Source: Flavobacteriaceae bacterium (GTDB lineage Bacteria > Bacteroidota > Bacteroidia > Flavobacteriales > Flavobacteriaceae). From it: a stretch of DNA of 64,000 nucleotides. The notes beneath the pieces are model-generated. The model had not been told where the DNA came from. It saw only the letters and a list, made by a program, of their open reading frames with translations, and ran no database searches. The position numbers were made by a program, and so were the translations under genes. Every line of letters begins with the position of its first letter. The first letter of the stretch is position 1. The stretch lies in contig JAWUVW010000007.1 of assembly GCA_034112185.1 (NCBI GenBank), positions 911 to 64,910 on the forward strand, written 5' to 3'. Shown here one piece after another: positions 7,624 through 17,849 of this stretch.

Positions 7624-8872
7624 ATTTTCCATTTTTATAGATTACCCCATCCTTCATTACAAATAGAACATTACGCATTACTTTAATATCTTCAAATGGA
7701 TTTCCATCTACCGCAATGATATCCGCCAAAAAATCTTTTTTGATTTCACCCAAATTTTTTAAGTGAAATAGGGTAGCGTTTACTGACGTTGCAGCTTGCA
7801 TCACCTTTATATTAGACATCCCGTAGTCCACCATCAATTCCAATTCCCTATAATTTTCTCCATGAGAAAACACACCGACATCACCGCCAAAAGCAATAAC
7901 AACGCCTAATTCTAAAGCTAATTTAAATGACTTCTTCTTATTCATAATTCGTTCAGGCTCTAGATCTGAGTCTTTTTTCCATCCAGTGTATTGTAAAATA
8001 GCATCTCCTGCTGCAAGTGTTGGACAAAGTGCAACGTTATTTTGTTGCATTAATTTAAAGACTTCAGAGGTCCCTCCATCTCCATGTTCAATCGTCTCAA
8101 CACCTCCAAGTACGGCACGTCTCATACCTTCTGGCGTGCTTGCATGCGCTACTGCATATCGTCCAGCACTTTCTGCAGTTTCTACCATCAATTTAATTTC
8201 ATCAATCGAAAATGTAGGATTAGAAGGTTCTCCACGCGCCCATCGATAATCTGCATAAATTTTAATAAAATCTGCACCATTTCCCAACTGCCGTCGTACC
8301 GTCTTTATAACCTCATTTCCACTTGCTTCTTCTGCCCCTAATGGCACCTTGACTCCATCATGAAATCCTTTTGGACCATAAGCACCAGTCGCAACAATTG
8401 CTGGGCCAGCTACTAATAATCGCGAGCCTATAATAATCCCTTCGTTAATAGACTTTTTTATATAGACATCACTATATCCAGCACCTTCAGAACCTAAATC
8501 GCGCATCGTAGTTACACCAGCCATTAACGATGTCTTTACATGATTAACTGCTCTGATACTTCGCTCAACTGGGGATTCTTTCAGTACCTGATCATTCCAT
8601 GATGTCTCGTTATAGGGATGTAATAGAATATGAGAATGGCCCTCAATAAGACCTGGCATTAATGTCTTTCCTGTCAAATCAATTTCCACTGTTCCATTCG
8701 GGATTTTAATTTCTGATAATAACCCTACGCGAGATATGTGATTCCCCTCCACAAGAACCGCCCAATTTTCATGTATTTCTATACCGTCAAAAACACGATC
8801 TGGTTTTAAAAGTGTCTGTGATTGCATCCAAAAAATGCTAACTAGAAATAATAAGAGGCTACTATTTTTCAT
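7622..8872 (-). CDS. secreted amidohydrolase family protein (metal-dependent hydrolase, COG1228-like)
   Basis: 416 aa with a signal peptide. PGLIEGHSHI metal-binding HxH motif, VAHAS, IEHG and GGDVG segments. Confidence 0.8.
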   Translation of the reverse strand: MKNSSLLLFLVSIFWMQSQTLLKPDRVFDGIEIHENWAVLVEGNHISRVGLLSEIKIPNGTVEIDLTGKTLMPGLIEGHSHILLHPYNETSWNDQVLKESPVERSIRAVNHVKTSLMAGVTTMRDLGSEGAGYSDVYIKKSINEGIIIGSRLLVAGPAIVATGAYGPKGFHDGVKVPLGAEEASGNEVIKTVRRQLGNGADFIKIYADYRWARGEPSNPTFSIDEIKLMVETAESAGRYAVAHASTPEGMRRAVLGGVETIEHGDGGTSEVFKLMQQNNVALCPTLAAGDAILQYTGWKKDSDLEPERIMNKKKSFKLALELGVVIAFGGDVGVFSHGENYRELELMVDYGMSNIKVMQAATSVNATLFHLKNLGEIKKDFLADIIAVDGNPFEDIKVMRNVLFVMKDGVIYKNGK

Positions 8873-8881
8873 TTTATAATT

Positions 8882-10300
8882 CTAAAAGAGACAGTCTTCG
8901 CAACCAATGCCTTGCGCTATTTCCATCGGATTAATAATCAGGCTATTTTTAATGACGCGGTAAATATTTCTGGTTTGTAAGATATCCTCTAAAGGGTTAG
9001 AATTTAAAATAACTATATCTGCCATTTTACCTTTCTCAATATTACCATAATCTAAATTTTTATTTAAAAAAAGAGACCCATTTAAGGTTGATGTTTTTAA
9101 AGCATCTAAAGGCGTTAGTCCTGCATTTACCATTGCTTCAAATTCTTTATGCAATGACATTCCGGGATAGATATAAGAGTTAAACGCACCAGAATCTGAA
9201 CCGGCTAACAATTGAACTTCAGCTTCGTTTAATGATTTTGTTAATTCAATAAATTTAGAATTTAAAGCTTTACGATTTTCTTTTGCCTTTTTTGATGCAC
9301 TAAGCGTTCCTGTAATTCTGCCTTCATAAGTTTTCACCATCCCCTCAGGTATCAATTTTAAATACGAATCGTTACTGTGTTCAACTTCATCTAAATAACT
9401 GAGTGTTTCGCCAATATGCAATGTTGGTACCACATAGACATTATTATCTTTTAATTCTTGAAACGTTAGCTTCGCAGTAGTATCATTATAAGTTGAAATG
9501 AGCTTGTCCATGGATTGCCAAAACCCGTACTCTTTATTTATAATCGCTTCGGTAATTTCTCTTTCTTTTGAAGAACAGCCTTTAAGAACATAATACAAGT
9601 GCTCTATAGCACTAATTCCTGCATCAATATTTTCTTTGAGTTCTACGGTAAAAGGCATATGCCCAGAGGTGATCAATCCACGTTCTGTTGCTTGTTTTAC
9701 CGTTTCTAAATAATTTTCTCTTGAAATACGACTATCATAAATCTTAACAAAATCTGTTTTTAGTTTTTGAAGCGAATCAAGTACCTTTGAAACATCCTCA
9801 CTGTTCTCTACAACTAAAGACCCTGCCCAGGTTGCATTTGGCCCGTCTATTTTAGGTCCTGATGTAAAAATATTTGGCCCTAACAGTTCACCATTTTGGA
9901 TTTCCTTATTCCATTTCATAACTGAAGACGTTAAGTCACCACCAGCATCCCGAACAGTAGTAATCCCATTCATGATGAATAATTTCAAAAACCCCTTATT
10001 AGCCTCTATCAAGGCGTCTCCTCCTCTAAAATGCACATGGTTATCCCAAAAACCAGGGAGAATATATTTACTCGTGGCATCGATAGTTTCCAAAGCTTGA
10101 TATCTTACCAATATTCCTTGGTCTGTAATTTCAACAATTCTATTATCTTTTATAAATACATCTTGTTTGGTAATAGCACCAGACTCAATATTGATAATGT
10201 TTCCATTAAGAATAACAATATCATAAGCACCAACTTTGCCTTCTTCACAATTAAAAAAGACTAAAAGAATACTAAAAATGATAAAATGTTTGAATTTCAT
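8882..10300 (-). CDS. secreted amidohydrolase family protein
   Basis: ORF 8882..10324. I prefer Met9 (MKFKHFIIFSILL signal peptide), which avoids overlap with the upstream stop. PGFWDNHVHF HxH motif, SGHM, IEHL and GSDSG segments. Confidence 0.8.
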   Translation of the reverse strand: MKFKHFIIFSILLVFFNCEEGKVGAYDIVILNGNIINIESGAITKQDVFIKDNRIVEITDQGILVRYQALETIDATSKYILPGFWDNHVHFRGGDALIEANKGFLKLFIMNGITTVRDAGGDLTSSVMKWNKEIQNGELLGPNIFTSGPKIDGPNATWAGSLVVENSEDVSKVLDSLQKLKTDFVKIYDSRISRENYLETVKQATERGLITSGHMPFTVELKENIDAGISAIEHLYYVLKGCSSKEREITEAIINKEYGFWQSMDKLISTYNDTTAKLTFQELKDNNVYVVPTLHIGETLSYLDEVEHSNDSYLKLIPEGMVKTYEGRITGTLSASKKAKENRKALNSKFIELTKSLNEAEVQLLAGSDSGAFNSYIYPGMSLHKEFEAMVNAGLTPLDALKTSTLNGSLFLNKNLDYGNIEKGKMADIVILNSNPLEDILQTRNIYRVIKNSLIINPMEIAQGIGCEDCLF

Positions 10301-10310
10301 AATTGAATTT

Positions 10311-11369
10311 TTACATCTGAACATTTTGTTCTTCTGGGAATTGACTTGGAATATCTTCTGGGTTTTCGTCTAACATTTGTAGTAAATCTATTTCTATTCC
10401 TCGAGCAATAGTAGAGATAGGAACATCATTAGGACCACCTTCAAAAGGATTCTCTCCAGTTCTTGCCAAACGCTCCATCGTATGAAATGCCCAAGAAACG
10501 ACTGCACAAAAAGGAACAGCAATCCAAATAAAATACTCTCCAATAAGATAAAAATCACCGACTGTATCACCTAATTCTGCAAATTCAGGAATTAACCCAA
10601 ATGGTAATAAAATCGCAAAAACTCTTGTCAGATATAAGCCCAAACTTGCATATTGCCTCGGGTAAGGAAAGTTTTTTATGCGTTCAGATTTTCCTTGATG
10701 TGTAAATAAAGATTCCAAAACATTCTCAAGCTCTAAAAAGGCAAACTCCCAAATTAGGCCTTTCTCTTTTAATTCTCTAATGTGTTTAGACTGCAAATAA
10801 AGTATCGCAGTTTGCTTATTTCCTTTAGACAAAACATACTTTCGTTCTTCATCAGATAAGTACATCAAGAGGTTATCTTCAAGTGTAGAGACTTCTTCGG
10901 GTATATGTATCATATCTCTCCATTCCTGATTCGTTATAGCTTTGTGTTGTGTTTCCCAGCTTTTCCTCTGGCGCATGGCATAGCGTAAGGCTGTCATCCA
11001 TGCGATATGACGATATACCAGTGTGTTTTTATGGTGCTTCAATTCATCTTCAGAAACGTGATCTTTACAGTATTCATTGGTAACCATGTCTTGTACTTTC
11101 ATACCCCAAGTGCGAGATGTATTTACTATAGCTCCCCAAATCATGCGTGCTTCCCAAATACGCCCGTAAGCAGAATTATTTTGAAACCCTACCAAAAAAG
11201 CTACAGCTGTACCAATTAAAGCAACAGGAGTCCATGGTACAGTTAGAAATGTAAATCCAAAAACTTCATAGAAAAAAGTAATAATGCCTGCATACCCCAA
11301 ATAAATAAGTGTTTCTCCGCGCGTCCAAAGCACCATGTCTTTGACTGAATATCTTTTTTTAGTAAGCAT
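10311..11369 (-). CDS. bestrophin-family (UPF0187/YneE-like) anion channel
   Basis: 352 aa. RIWEARMIWG, RIKNFPYPRQY and ENPFEGGPNDVPI resemble the bacterial bestrophin family. Paralog of the next gene. Confidence 0.75.
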   Translation of the reverse strand: MLTKKRYSVKDMVLWTRGETLIYLGYAGIITFFYEVFGFTFLTVPWTPVALIGTAVAFLVGFQNNSAYGRIWEARMIWGAIVNTSRTWGMKVQDMVTNEYCKDHVSEDELKHHKNTLVYRHIAWMTALRYAMRQRKSWETQHKAITNQEWRDMIHIPEEVSTLEDNLLMYLSDEERKYVLSKGNKQTAILYLQSKHIRELKEKGLIWEFAFLELENVLESLFTHQGKSERIKNFPYPRQYASLGLYLTRVFAILLPFGLIPEFAELGDTVGDFYLIGEYFIWIAVPFCAVVSWAFHTMERLARTGENPFEGGPNDVPISTIARGIEIDLLQMLDENPEDIPSQFPEEQNVQM

Positions 11370-11384
11370 ATGTCTTCTTTAAAT

Positions 11385-12485
11385 TTACATTACAATATCA
11401 TTCTTCCATTCATAGGGTTCAGGAATACCTGTGTCGTCAATAAGCTGTCTAATATCAATTTCGATTACCCTTGACAAATCCGTAATTGGCACATCGTTTA
11501 CACCACCTTCAAAAGGATTCTCTGTTGTTTCACCGATAGCCTCCATCGTATGGAAAACCCAAGCAATTAATGCACTAAACGGAATTGACAACCAAACAAA
11601 ATGTTTTGAGATTGAAGATTGAATCATATGCCTTAGCGTATTTTGTGCCTCCTGCTCATTGAGTAATTTCAATATGTTCTGGCCAAAAGCTTCAAATTCC
11701 GCCATTATACCGTAAGGTACGAGTAAAATAAAAATCCAAACAAATATGTAATTAAGTGTTGCAAATTGCCTTGGGTAGGGAAAGTTTTTAATACGTTCAC
11801 TTTTACCTTGGAGTGCATATAATTCTATCAGCATATTGGACATCCCCATATGCCTAAAATCTTCAATTAATCCTTGCTGCTTTAATTCTTTCAGCCTCCT
11901 AGATTGCACACCTAATAATTGTGATGCTTTATTTCCTTTAGCAAAAATCTCTTTATATTCTTCTTTAGAAATATAGCCTTTTATAGCTTCATCGATTGGA
12001 ATCGCATTTTCATAAATTAAAAAAGACAACTCTCTAAACTTCGTGTTAGTCTTTGTATTTTTTAAATGCTCCCACGGCCTGTCTGCACGCAATTCATAGC
12101 GAAGTGCGGTCAGCCAAGCCACATGACGATGTACTAATTCTCTATGAATATTAAATAATTCGGTTTCGGATAATTTTTGCTTGCTATGGTCATTATTAAT
12201 AAAGTCCTTTACCATAATGGTCCATGAGCGAGAGGCATTAACTATACCTCCCCAAATTTTTCGCGCTTCCCAAAGTCGATCGTAAGAGGCGTCATTTTTA
12301 AAACTCACAATAAATGCTACTGCAGTACCCAAAACCCCCAACGGTAACCATGGCACATGTAGCCATTTCAACCCAGCAATATCATAAAATATAACAGGAA
12401 TAGTCGCTAAGAATAAAAATAAAAAAAGATGTCGTCGTGTCCATTTAATAACACTTGAAACTGGAAATATTCGCCTAGTATACAT
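11385..12485 (-). CDS. bestrophin-family (UPF0187/YneE-like) anion channel, tandem paralog
   Basis: 366 aa. It shares RLWEARKIWG, RIKNFPYPRQF and ENPFEGGVNDVPI with the neighbour. Confidence 0.75.
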   Translation of the reverse strand: MYTRRIFPVSSVIKWTRRHLFLFLFLATIPVIFYDIAGLKWLHVPWLPLGVLGTAVAFIVSFKNDASYDRLWEARKIWGGIVNASRSWTIMVKDFINNDHSKQKLSETELFNIHRELVHRHVAWLTALRYELRADRPWEHLKNTKTNTKFRELSFLIYENAIPIDEAIKGYISKEEYKEIFAKGNKASQLLGVQSRRLKELKQQGLIEDFRHMGMSNMLIELYALQGKSERIKNFPYPRQFATLNYIFVWIFILLVPYGIMAEFEAFGQNILKLLNEQEAQNTLRHMIQSSISKHFVWLSIPFSALIAWVFHTMEAIGETTENPFEGGVNDVPITDLSRVIEIDIRQLIDDTGIPEPYEWKNDIVM

Positions 12486-12518
12486 GAGATAAGATTAGGT
12501 CATGTAAGATACAAAAGG

Positions 12519-14567
12519 CTAGTAATTAAGCAAGGTTTCAATTTTTAATTTTACTTTATCTGTTGAAGGGATCATCGTTTGCTCTAAAGTTGAATTCAAA
12601 GGGATTGCTGGCATATTTTCACTCCCAATGGTCATCACTGGCGCATCCAAAAATTTAAAGCATTCTTCTTGAATCTTACCAGCCAAAGCACGAGCAAAAC
12701 TATTATTTGAAGGCTCTTCAGTAACGACCAAACACTTGCCTGTTTTCTTCACTGACTTCATAATAGTGTCTTCATCTAAAGGAAACAACGTTCTTAAATC
12801 TATAATTTCAATTTGATCGCGCATACCTAATTCACCAGAAGCGTTATAAGCCCAATGCACTCCCATACCATAAGTGACAATTGTTAAAGTTTCAACATCT
12901 TCTTGTTTCCAGATTTCTTGTAAAACCCAGGCTTTTCCAAACGGTAAAATATAATCTTCACTAGGTTCAACAGAAGTCGCTGTTAGCGTTCCTGGGACTT
13001 TAGACCAGTACAAGCCTTTGTGTTCTAAAATGACCACAGGGTTTGGGTCGTAATAGGCTGCTTTCATTAAACCTTTTAAGTCTGCACCATTACTCGGATA
13101 GGCGATTTTTATCCCTCTTATATTAGTAATAACACTTTCTACTGAAGATGAATGGTAAGGGCCACCACTGCCATAAGCACCAATAGGCACACGAAGTATC
13201 ATACTTATTGGCCATTTACCGTTAGACAAGTAGCAACTGCGGCTTACCTCAGTAAATAACTGATTTAAACCTGGCCAAATATAATCCGCGAATTGCACCT
13301 CAACAATAGGTTTTAGGCCCACAGCAGACATACCAACAGTACTCCCAACAATAAAAGCTTCTTGTATTGGTGTATTAAATACACGATCATCACCAAACTT
13401 TTGTGCTAGTGTTGCGGCTTCCCTAAAGACACCACCTAATCGCCCACCAACATCTTGTCCATAGAGTAAGCATTCTTTGTGTTTCTTCATTAACTCTTCA
13501 ACAGCGAACAAAGCACAATCTACCATTACTACTTTTTCTGCTCCTTCTGGAGCTCTTGTCCCTTTTTCTTCAGTTATCTGTGTTGGGATAAAATCATTAG
13601 TAAATAAATCTTCAGGTTTGGGGTCTTCCGCTTTTAAAGCATTTTCAAAATCAGATTGTACTTTTTCTTTTGCAGAATTCTCTATCGCATTAATCTCGTT
13701 TTCAGAAAAGCCAGCGTCTAATAATTGTTGTCTGAGTACTGGATAGGGATCACGAGATCTCGCTTCTTCCAAATCATCACGATACCACTCCATTCGTACA
13801 CCTGATGTATGGTGATTTAATAGTGGCACTTTAGCATGAACTAAAAATGGCCGCCGTTCTTTTCTTATCGTATCAATTACTTTTTCTAAAGCTTCATAAC
13901 TTTCAGTAAAGTTCGCCCCATCGATTGAAATAGCTTCTAAACCATGAAAACCTTGTGCATATTCAAAAGCATTTTGCGCTCTTGTCTCGGCCGCATTCGC
14001 TGAAATATCCCAACCATTATCTTGAACCAAATATAAAATTGGCATTTGCTTTAAAGCTGCCATTTGAAAAGCTTCCGCTATTTCGCCTTCGGTAACTGAG
14101 GCATCCCCTAAAGAACAGACAGAAATTGGATTCTCAATAGAGTCATCATTTAAGCCTTGTAATTCCTTATACTGCATTCCCATAGCGACACCAGTTGCAG
14201 GAATAGCTTGCATTCCGGTCGCTGAAGATTGATGTGGTATTTTTGGTTTATCATCATCCTTCAAACTTGGGTGACAATAATAGGTTCTTCCTGCGGAAAA
14301 CGGATCGTCTTTTTTTGCGAGCAATTGAAGCATTAGATCATAAGGCTCTAGTCCGAATGACAACAGCATAGCATCATCTCTGTAATATGGAAAGGCGTAA
14401 TCTTGTGGCAATAATTGTAAACCTAATGCTATTTGAATGGCCTCATGTCCACGCGATGTTGCATGTACATATTTCGAAACTTGCTTAAAATTCGCTTCAT
14501 ATAACTCTGTCATTGCTTTGGCTGTACAAAGCTTTTCAAATCCTTTTTCTAGTATCTCTTTTTTCAT
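12519..14567 (-). CDS. 2-oxoacid (branched-chain type) dehydrogenase E1 component, fused alpha/beta subunits, TPP-dependent
   Basis: 682 aa. The N-terminal half is E1-alpha-like (GDASVTEGE...LYLVQDNGWDIS). The C-terminal half is E1-beta/transketolase-like (DVGGRLGGVFR, RVFNTPIQE, VEVQFADYIWP). Confidence 0.85.
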   Translation of the reverse strand: MKKEILEKGFEKLCTAKAMTELYEANFKQVSKYVHATSRGHEAIQIALGLQLLPQDYAFPYYRDDAMLLSFGLEPYDLMLQLLAKKDDPFSAGRTYYCHPSLKDDDKPKIPHQSSATGMQAIPATGVAMGMQYKELQGLNDDSIENPISVCSLGDASVTEGEIAEAFQMAALKQMPILYLVQDNGWDISANAAETRAQNAFEYAQGFHGLEAISIDGANFTESYEALEKVIDTIRKERRPFLVHAKVPLLNHHTSGVRMEWYRDDLEEARSRDPYPVLRQQLLDAGFSENEINAIENSAKEKVQSDFENALKAEDPKPEDLFTNDFIPTQITEEKGTRAPEGAEKVVMVDCALFAVEELMKKHKECLLYGQDVGGRLGGVFREAATLAQKFGDDRVFNTPIQEAFIVGSTVGMSAVGLKPIVEVQFADYIWPGLNQLFTEVSRSCYLSNGKWPISMILRVPIGAYGSGGPYHSSSVESVITNIRGIKIAYPSNGADLKGLMKAAYYDPNPVVILEHKGLYWSKVPGTLTATSVEPSEDYILPFGKAWVLQEIWKQEDVETLTIVTYGMGVHWAYNASGELGMRDQIEIIDLRTLFPLDEDTIMKSVKKTGKCLVVTEEPSNNSFARALAGKIQEECFKFLDAPVMTIGSENMPAIPLNSTLEQTMIPSTDKVKLKIETLLNY

Positions 14568-15635
14568 CTAAACTAATTCCTTTTCCACTTTAGTCATCCA
14601 TCCAAATCTATCTTCTAACCGACCTGTTTTAATCGCATTCAAAGTATTATTTACTTCTAACCCAACAGGACTTTCATCTGACACATGAATTGTTTCTCCC
14701 TCTAAACCAATCTCTTGAATATAAGCAATACCAACAGCGGTTCCTGTTCCAAAAGCCTCTTCTAGCGTACCATTTCCCGAAGCCTCCTTTATTTCATCCA
14801 TAGTGATTTTGCGTTCGGTTATACTATAATTCATAGCCTTAAGCATTTCTATAACACTGGCTCTTGTAATGCCATGTAATACAGAACCATCCAATTCGGG
14901 TGTGATAAACTCTCCATTAATTTTGAAGAAAATATTCATGGTGCCAACTTCTTGAATGTATTTGTGTTCTGCGGCATCTAACCATAAAACTTGGTCATAG
15001 CCTTTGGCTTTTGCTAATTCCGTAGGACGAATGGCAGCGGCGTAATTTCCGGCTGCTTTGGCTTCACCTGTTCCGCCTTGTGCTGCTCTAATAAATTGTT
15101 TTTCCGCCCATAATTTAATGCGTTTACTAAAAAATGGTCCTGCGGGTGAGGCCATAATAATAAACTTATAATGAATTGCTGCACGCATACCAATAAACGG
15201 CTCATCGGCGTACATAAATGGTCTTAAATATAAGGCACTTCCATCTTTTGGCGGAATCCAATTATGTTCTAACCCAACCAATTCCTTCAGCCCTTCGACA
15301 AATAAATCTTCAGGTACGTTTGGCATTCCCATGCGATCTGCACTCTTGTTTAAACGTATAGCATTTTGCTCTGGTCTAAACAGCATTGGTTCACCATTTG
15401 AATTCTTATAAGCTTTCATGCCTTCAAAAATGGCTTGTCCGTAATGCAAAGCCATGGCGGCTGGATGCGTAGGAATCATTCCCATTGGGACTATTTTTGG
15501 ACTGCCCCATTCTCCATTTTCGTAATCGCATATAAACATATGATCCGTAAATGTGGTGCCTAATGGAATATTATTGAAGTCTAAAGCGTCAACTTTAGAC
15601 TTTTCTACTTTGGTTATTGAAATATTGTAGCTCAT
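14568..15635 (-). CDS. ilvE: branched-chain amino acid aminotransferase
   Basis: 355 aa, class IV aminotransferase pattern (YGQAIFEGMKAY, LYLRPF, EAKAAGNY, GTGTA). Confidence 0.9.
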   Translation of the reverse strand: MSYNISITKVEKSKVDALDFNNIPLGTTFTDHMFICDYENGEWGSPKIVPMGMIPTHPAAMALHYGQAIFEGMKAYKNSNGEPMLFRPEQNAIRLNKSADRMGMPNVPEDLFVEGLKELVGLEHNWIPPKDGSALYLRPFMYADEPFIGMRAAIHYKFIIMASPAGPFFSKRIKLWAEKQFIRAAQGGTGEAKAAGNYAAAIRPTELAKAKGYDQVLWLDAAEHKYIQEVGTMNIFFKINGEFITPELDGSVLHGITRASVIEMLKAMNYSITERKITMDEIKEASGNGTLEEAFGTGTAVGIAYIQEIGLEGETIHVSDESPVGLEVNNTLNAIKTGRLEDRFGWMTKVEKELV

Positions 15636-15664
15636 AATTTTATCTTTTTCAGTGTTTAAAACAC

Positions 15665-15686
15665 CCCTAAAGTCCCCTCAAGGGGA
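15665..15686 (+). repeat. solo copy of the 22-bp repeat CCCTAAAGTCCCCTCAAGGGGA
   Basis: Identical core to 26951-26972 (same orientation) and 26552-26573 (inverted). Contains the hairpin TCCCC-TCAA-GGGGA. Confidence 0.9.
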
Positions 15687-15750
15687 CAATCTGTAAATTA
15701 GAATACTTCGCTAGCAAAGCCTAGAAGCGAAGCGTTATATAATCTATCTT

Positions 15751-17061
15751 CTATATTTCTCTATTGATATCAAACTGCTCAAAATAATCTGCAACTCTGC
15801 GGACAAAGCTTCCTCCAAGAAAACCATCCACAACTCTGTGGTCGAAAGACAATGATAAATACATCATACTTCGTATCGCAATTTCATCTCCTTTTTCAGT
15901 TGTGATTACTTCTGGTCGTTTCTTAATTATGCCTAGTGCCAATATGGCGACTTCGGGTTGGTTAATAATTGGTGTTCCCATAACGCTTCCAAATGTTCCT
16001 ACATTAGAAATTGTAAATGTGCTACCCTTTATATCATCACCTACCAATTTATTCTCTCTCGCTTTGTTAGCTAGTTCATTAACTTTTGACGCTAATTCAT
16101 TTAGGGTTTTTGTGTCGGCATTCTTTACTACAGGTACAATTAAATTCCCGCTAGGTAAAGCTGTTGCCATACCTATATTGATCGCTTCTTTTACGATTAT
16201 GTTATGACCATCTACCGACGCATTAATATTTGGAAAATCTTTGACTGCCTTCGCAACTGCCTCAACAAATAGTGGCGTGAAGGTTAAACGCTCTCCATGC
16301 TTTTCTTGAAATGCCACTTTATTAGCAGTCCTCCAATTCACCATATTTGTTAAATCTGCTTCGACATAAGCGGTTACATGAGGTGATGTATGCTTAGAAT
16401 ACACCATGTGATCCGCAATCATTTTGCGCATGCGATCCATTTCAATCACTTTTCCTTTGCCTTTATCAAATGCTAATTGTGGAATACGATATGCTGTTGG
16501 ATCTGGCCCTGCAATAGGCTGCGCAAATTTATATGGACGACCTTCTTCGATATATTGAAAGAGATCACTCTTACGCAAGCGACCGTCTTTACCAGTCGCA
16601 GGAATTCGAGCTAATTCCTCAAAACTGATGTGTTGCTCTTTTGCGATTGAAATAATTAATGGTGAAAAGAACGTATTTGAATTTGATGTTGAAAATGAAT
16701 TTGAAGCTTCAGATCTTTGAGGGATTTCAGGTCTTTTTATAACCTTCTTTTTTTTATTATTTGTTTGCTTAGTTGAGTCCACTGCTTTTTTGGTCTCTTT
16801 TTCAGAGGTAGAAACAGCCCCATCTAATTTAATAATAGCAATCGTTTCGCCTATCTTAATAACAGCGTTGGCATCATATAAAATGGCTTCAATTACACCC
16901 GAAACAGTAGATGGTATTTCAGAATCAACCTTATCTGTTGCTACTTCTAAGAACATTTCGTCTTCTTCAATAGTATCTCCAACATCTTTAAACCAAGTAA
17001 TGATGGTGGCTTCTGTGATACTCTCTCCCAATTTGGGCATTTTAAATTCGAAATTCTCCAA
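15751..17061 (-). CDS. dihydrolipoamide acyltransferase (E2) of a 2-oxoacid dehydrogenase complex
   Basis: 436 aa. It has a lipoyl domain (EVATDKV), a peripheral subunit-binding segment (SPLIISIAKEQHISFEELARIPATGKDGRLRKSD) and a catalytic domain (LSLSFDHRVVDG). Confidence 0.9.
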   Translation of the reverse strand: MENFEFKMPKLGESITEATIITWFKDVGDTIEEDEMFLEVATDKVDSEIPSTVSGVIEAILYDANAVIKIGETIAIIKLDGAVSTSEKETKKAVDSTKQTNNKKKKVIKRPEIPQRSEASNSFSTSNSNTFFSPLIISIAKEQHISFEELARIPATGKDGRLRKSDLFQYIEEGRPYKFAQPIAGPDPTAYRIPQLAFDKGKGKVIEMDRMRKMIADHMVYSKHTSPHVTAYVEADLTNMVNWRTANKVAFQEKHGERLTFTPLFVEAVAKAVKDFPNINASVDGHNIIVKEAINIGMATALPSGNLIVPVVKNADTKTLNELASKVNELANKARENKLVGDDIKGSTFTISNVGTFGSVMGTPIINQPEVAILALGIIKKRPEVITTEKGDEIAIRSMMYLSLSFDHRVVDGFLGGSFVRRVADYFEQFDINREI

Positions 17062-17192
17062 GCTAAATTCAGTTTATATACAAGAAATAAAGATAAGCTA
17101 TAATAGAATTATCAATTGTTAATTACTTTTAAATTAACTCTTAAAAGAATTATATCCTTATTTTATATACATATAAAGCTATTTTTTCTTTT

Positions 17193-17200
17193 TATATTTG
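17193..17200 (+). promoter_or_regulatory. candidate -7 box TATATTTG upstream of the Lrp/AsnC gene
   Basis: TAnnTTTG match 31 nt before ATG 17232, within a 170-bp AT-rich divergent region. Confidence 0.3.
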
Positions 17201-17231
17201 TATTTAGAACTATTCAACATCTTATTTTCTT

Positions 17232-17708
17232 ATGCCACAGACGCTTGATAAAATTGACATCCAAATTCTAAGTATTCTCCAAAAAGATAGTAATCGTACG
17301 ACTAAAAGTATTGCTGAGGAATTAGGTATGACGACATCACCAATTTTTGAACGTATTAAAAAACTTGAAAAAGAGGGCTTTATAAAAAAATATGTTGCTG
17401 TTTTAGACAATAAGAAAATAGGATTAAAGCTTAAAGTTTTTATCGGTATCACACTTCAAGGCCATACACGAAGTTTTCTACAGAAATTTGTAAAAGAAAT
17501 AAATAATTTCCCTGAAGTGGTAGAATGTCATCGCGTAAGCGGCAACTATGATTATTTATTAAAACTAGTTGTAGAAGATATTGAAGCCTACGAGACATTT
17601 ATCATTTCAAAACTTACACTGCTTCCTTATCTTGGAAATGTGCAAAGTTTAATTACATTATCTACCGGAAAAGAAACTAATGAGATTAATTTGAGTGGTG
17701 TTTTATAA
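17232..17708 (+). CDS. Lrp/AsnC family transcriptional regulator
   Basis: 158 aa. LDKIDIQILSILQKDSNRTTKSIAEELGMTTSPIFERIKKLEKEG HTH followed by a RAM/AsnC_trans_reg domain. Divergent from the E2/ilvE/E1 cluster. Confidence 0.9.
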   Translation: MPQTLDKIDIQILSILQKDSNRTTKSIAEELGMTTSPIFERIKKLEKEGFIKKYVAVLDNKKIGLKLKVFIGITLQGHTRSFLQKFVKEINNFPEVVECHRVSGNYDYLLKLVVEDIEAYETFIISKLTLLPYLGNVQSLITLSTGKETNEINLSGVL

Positions 17709-17849
17709 TTTACGTCATTGCAAGGCTTTTTTTTTAAAGTCGTGACAACTACGCCGCAATCATGAAGTCCTTTATAAAACGACAAGAAGACTGAATAATC
17801 TGTTTCTTTTGAAGAGATTGCGATATCCTTCGTCCCAGCAAGGACAACT

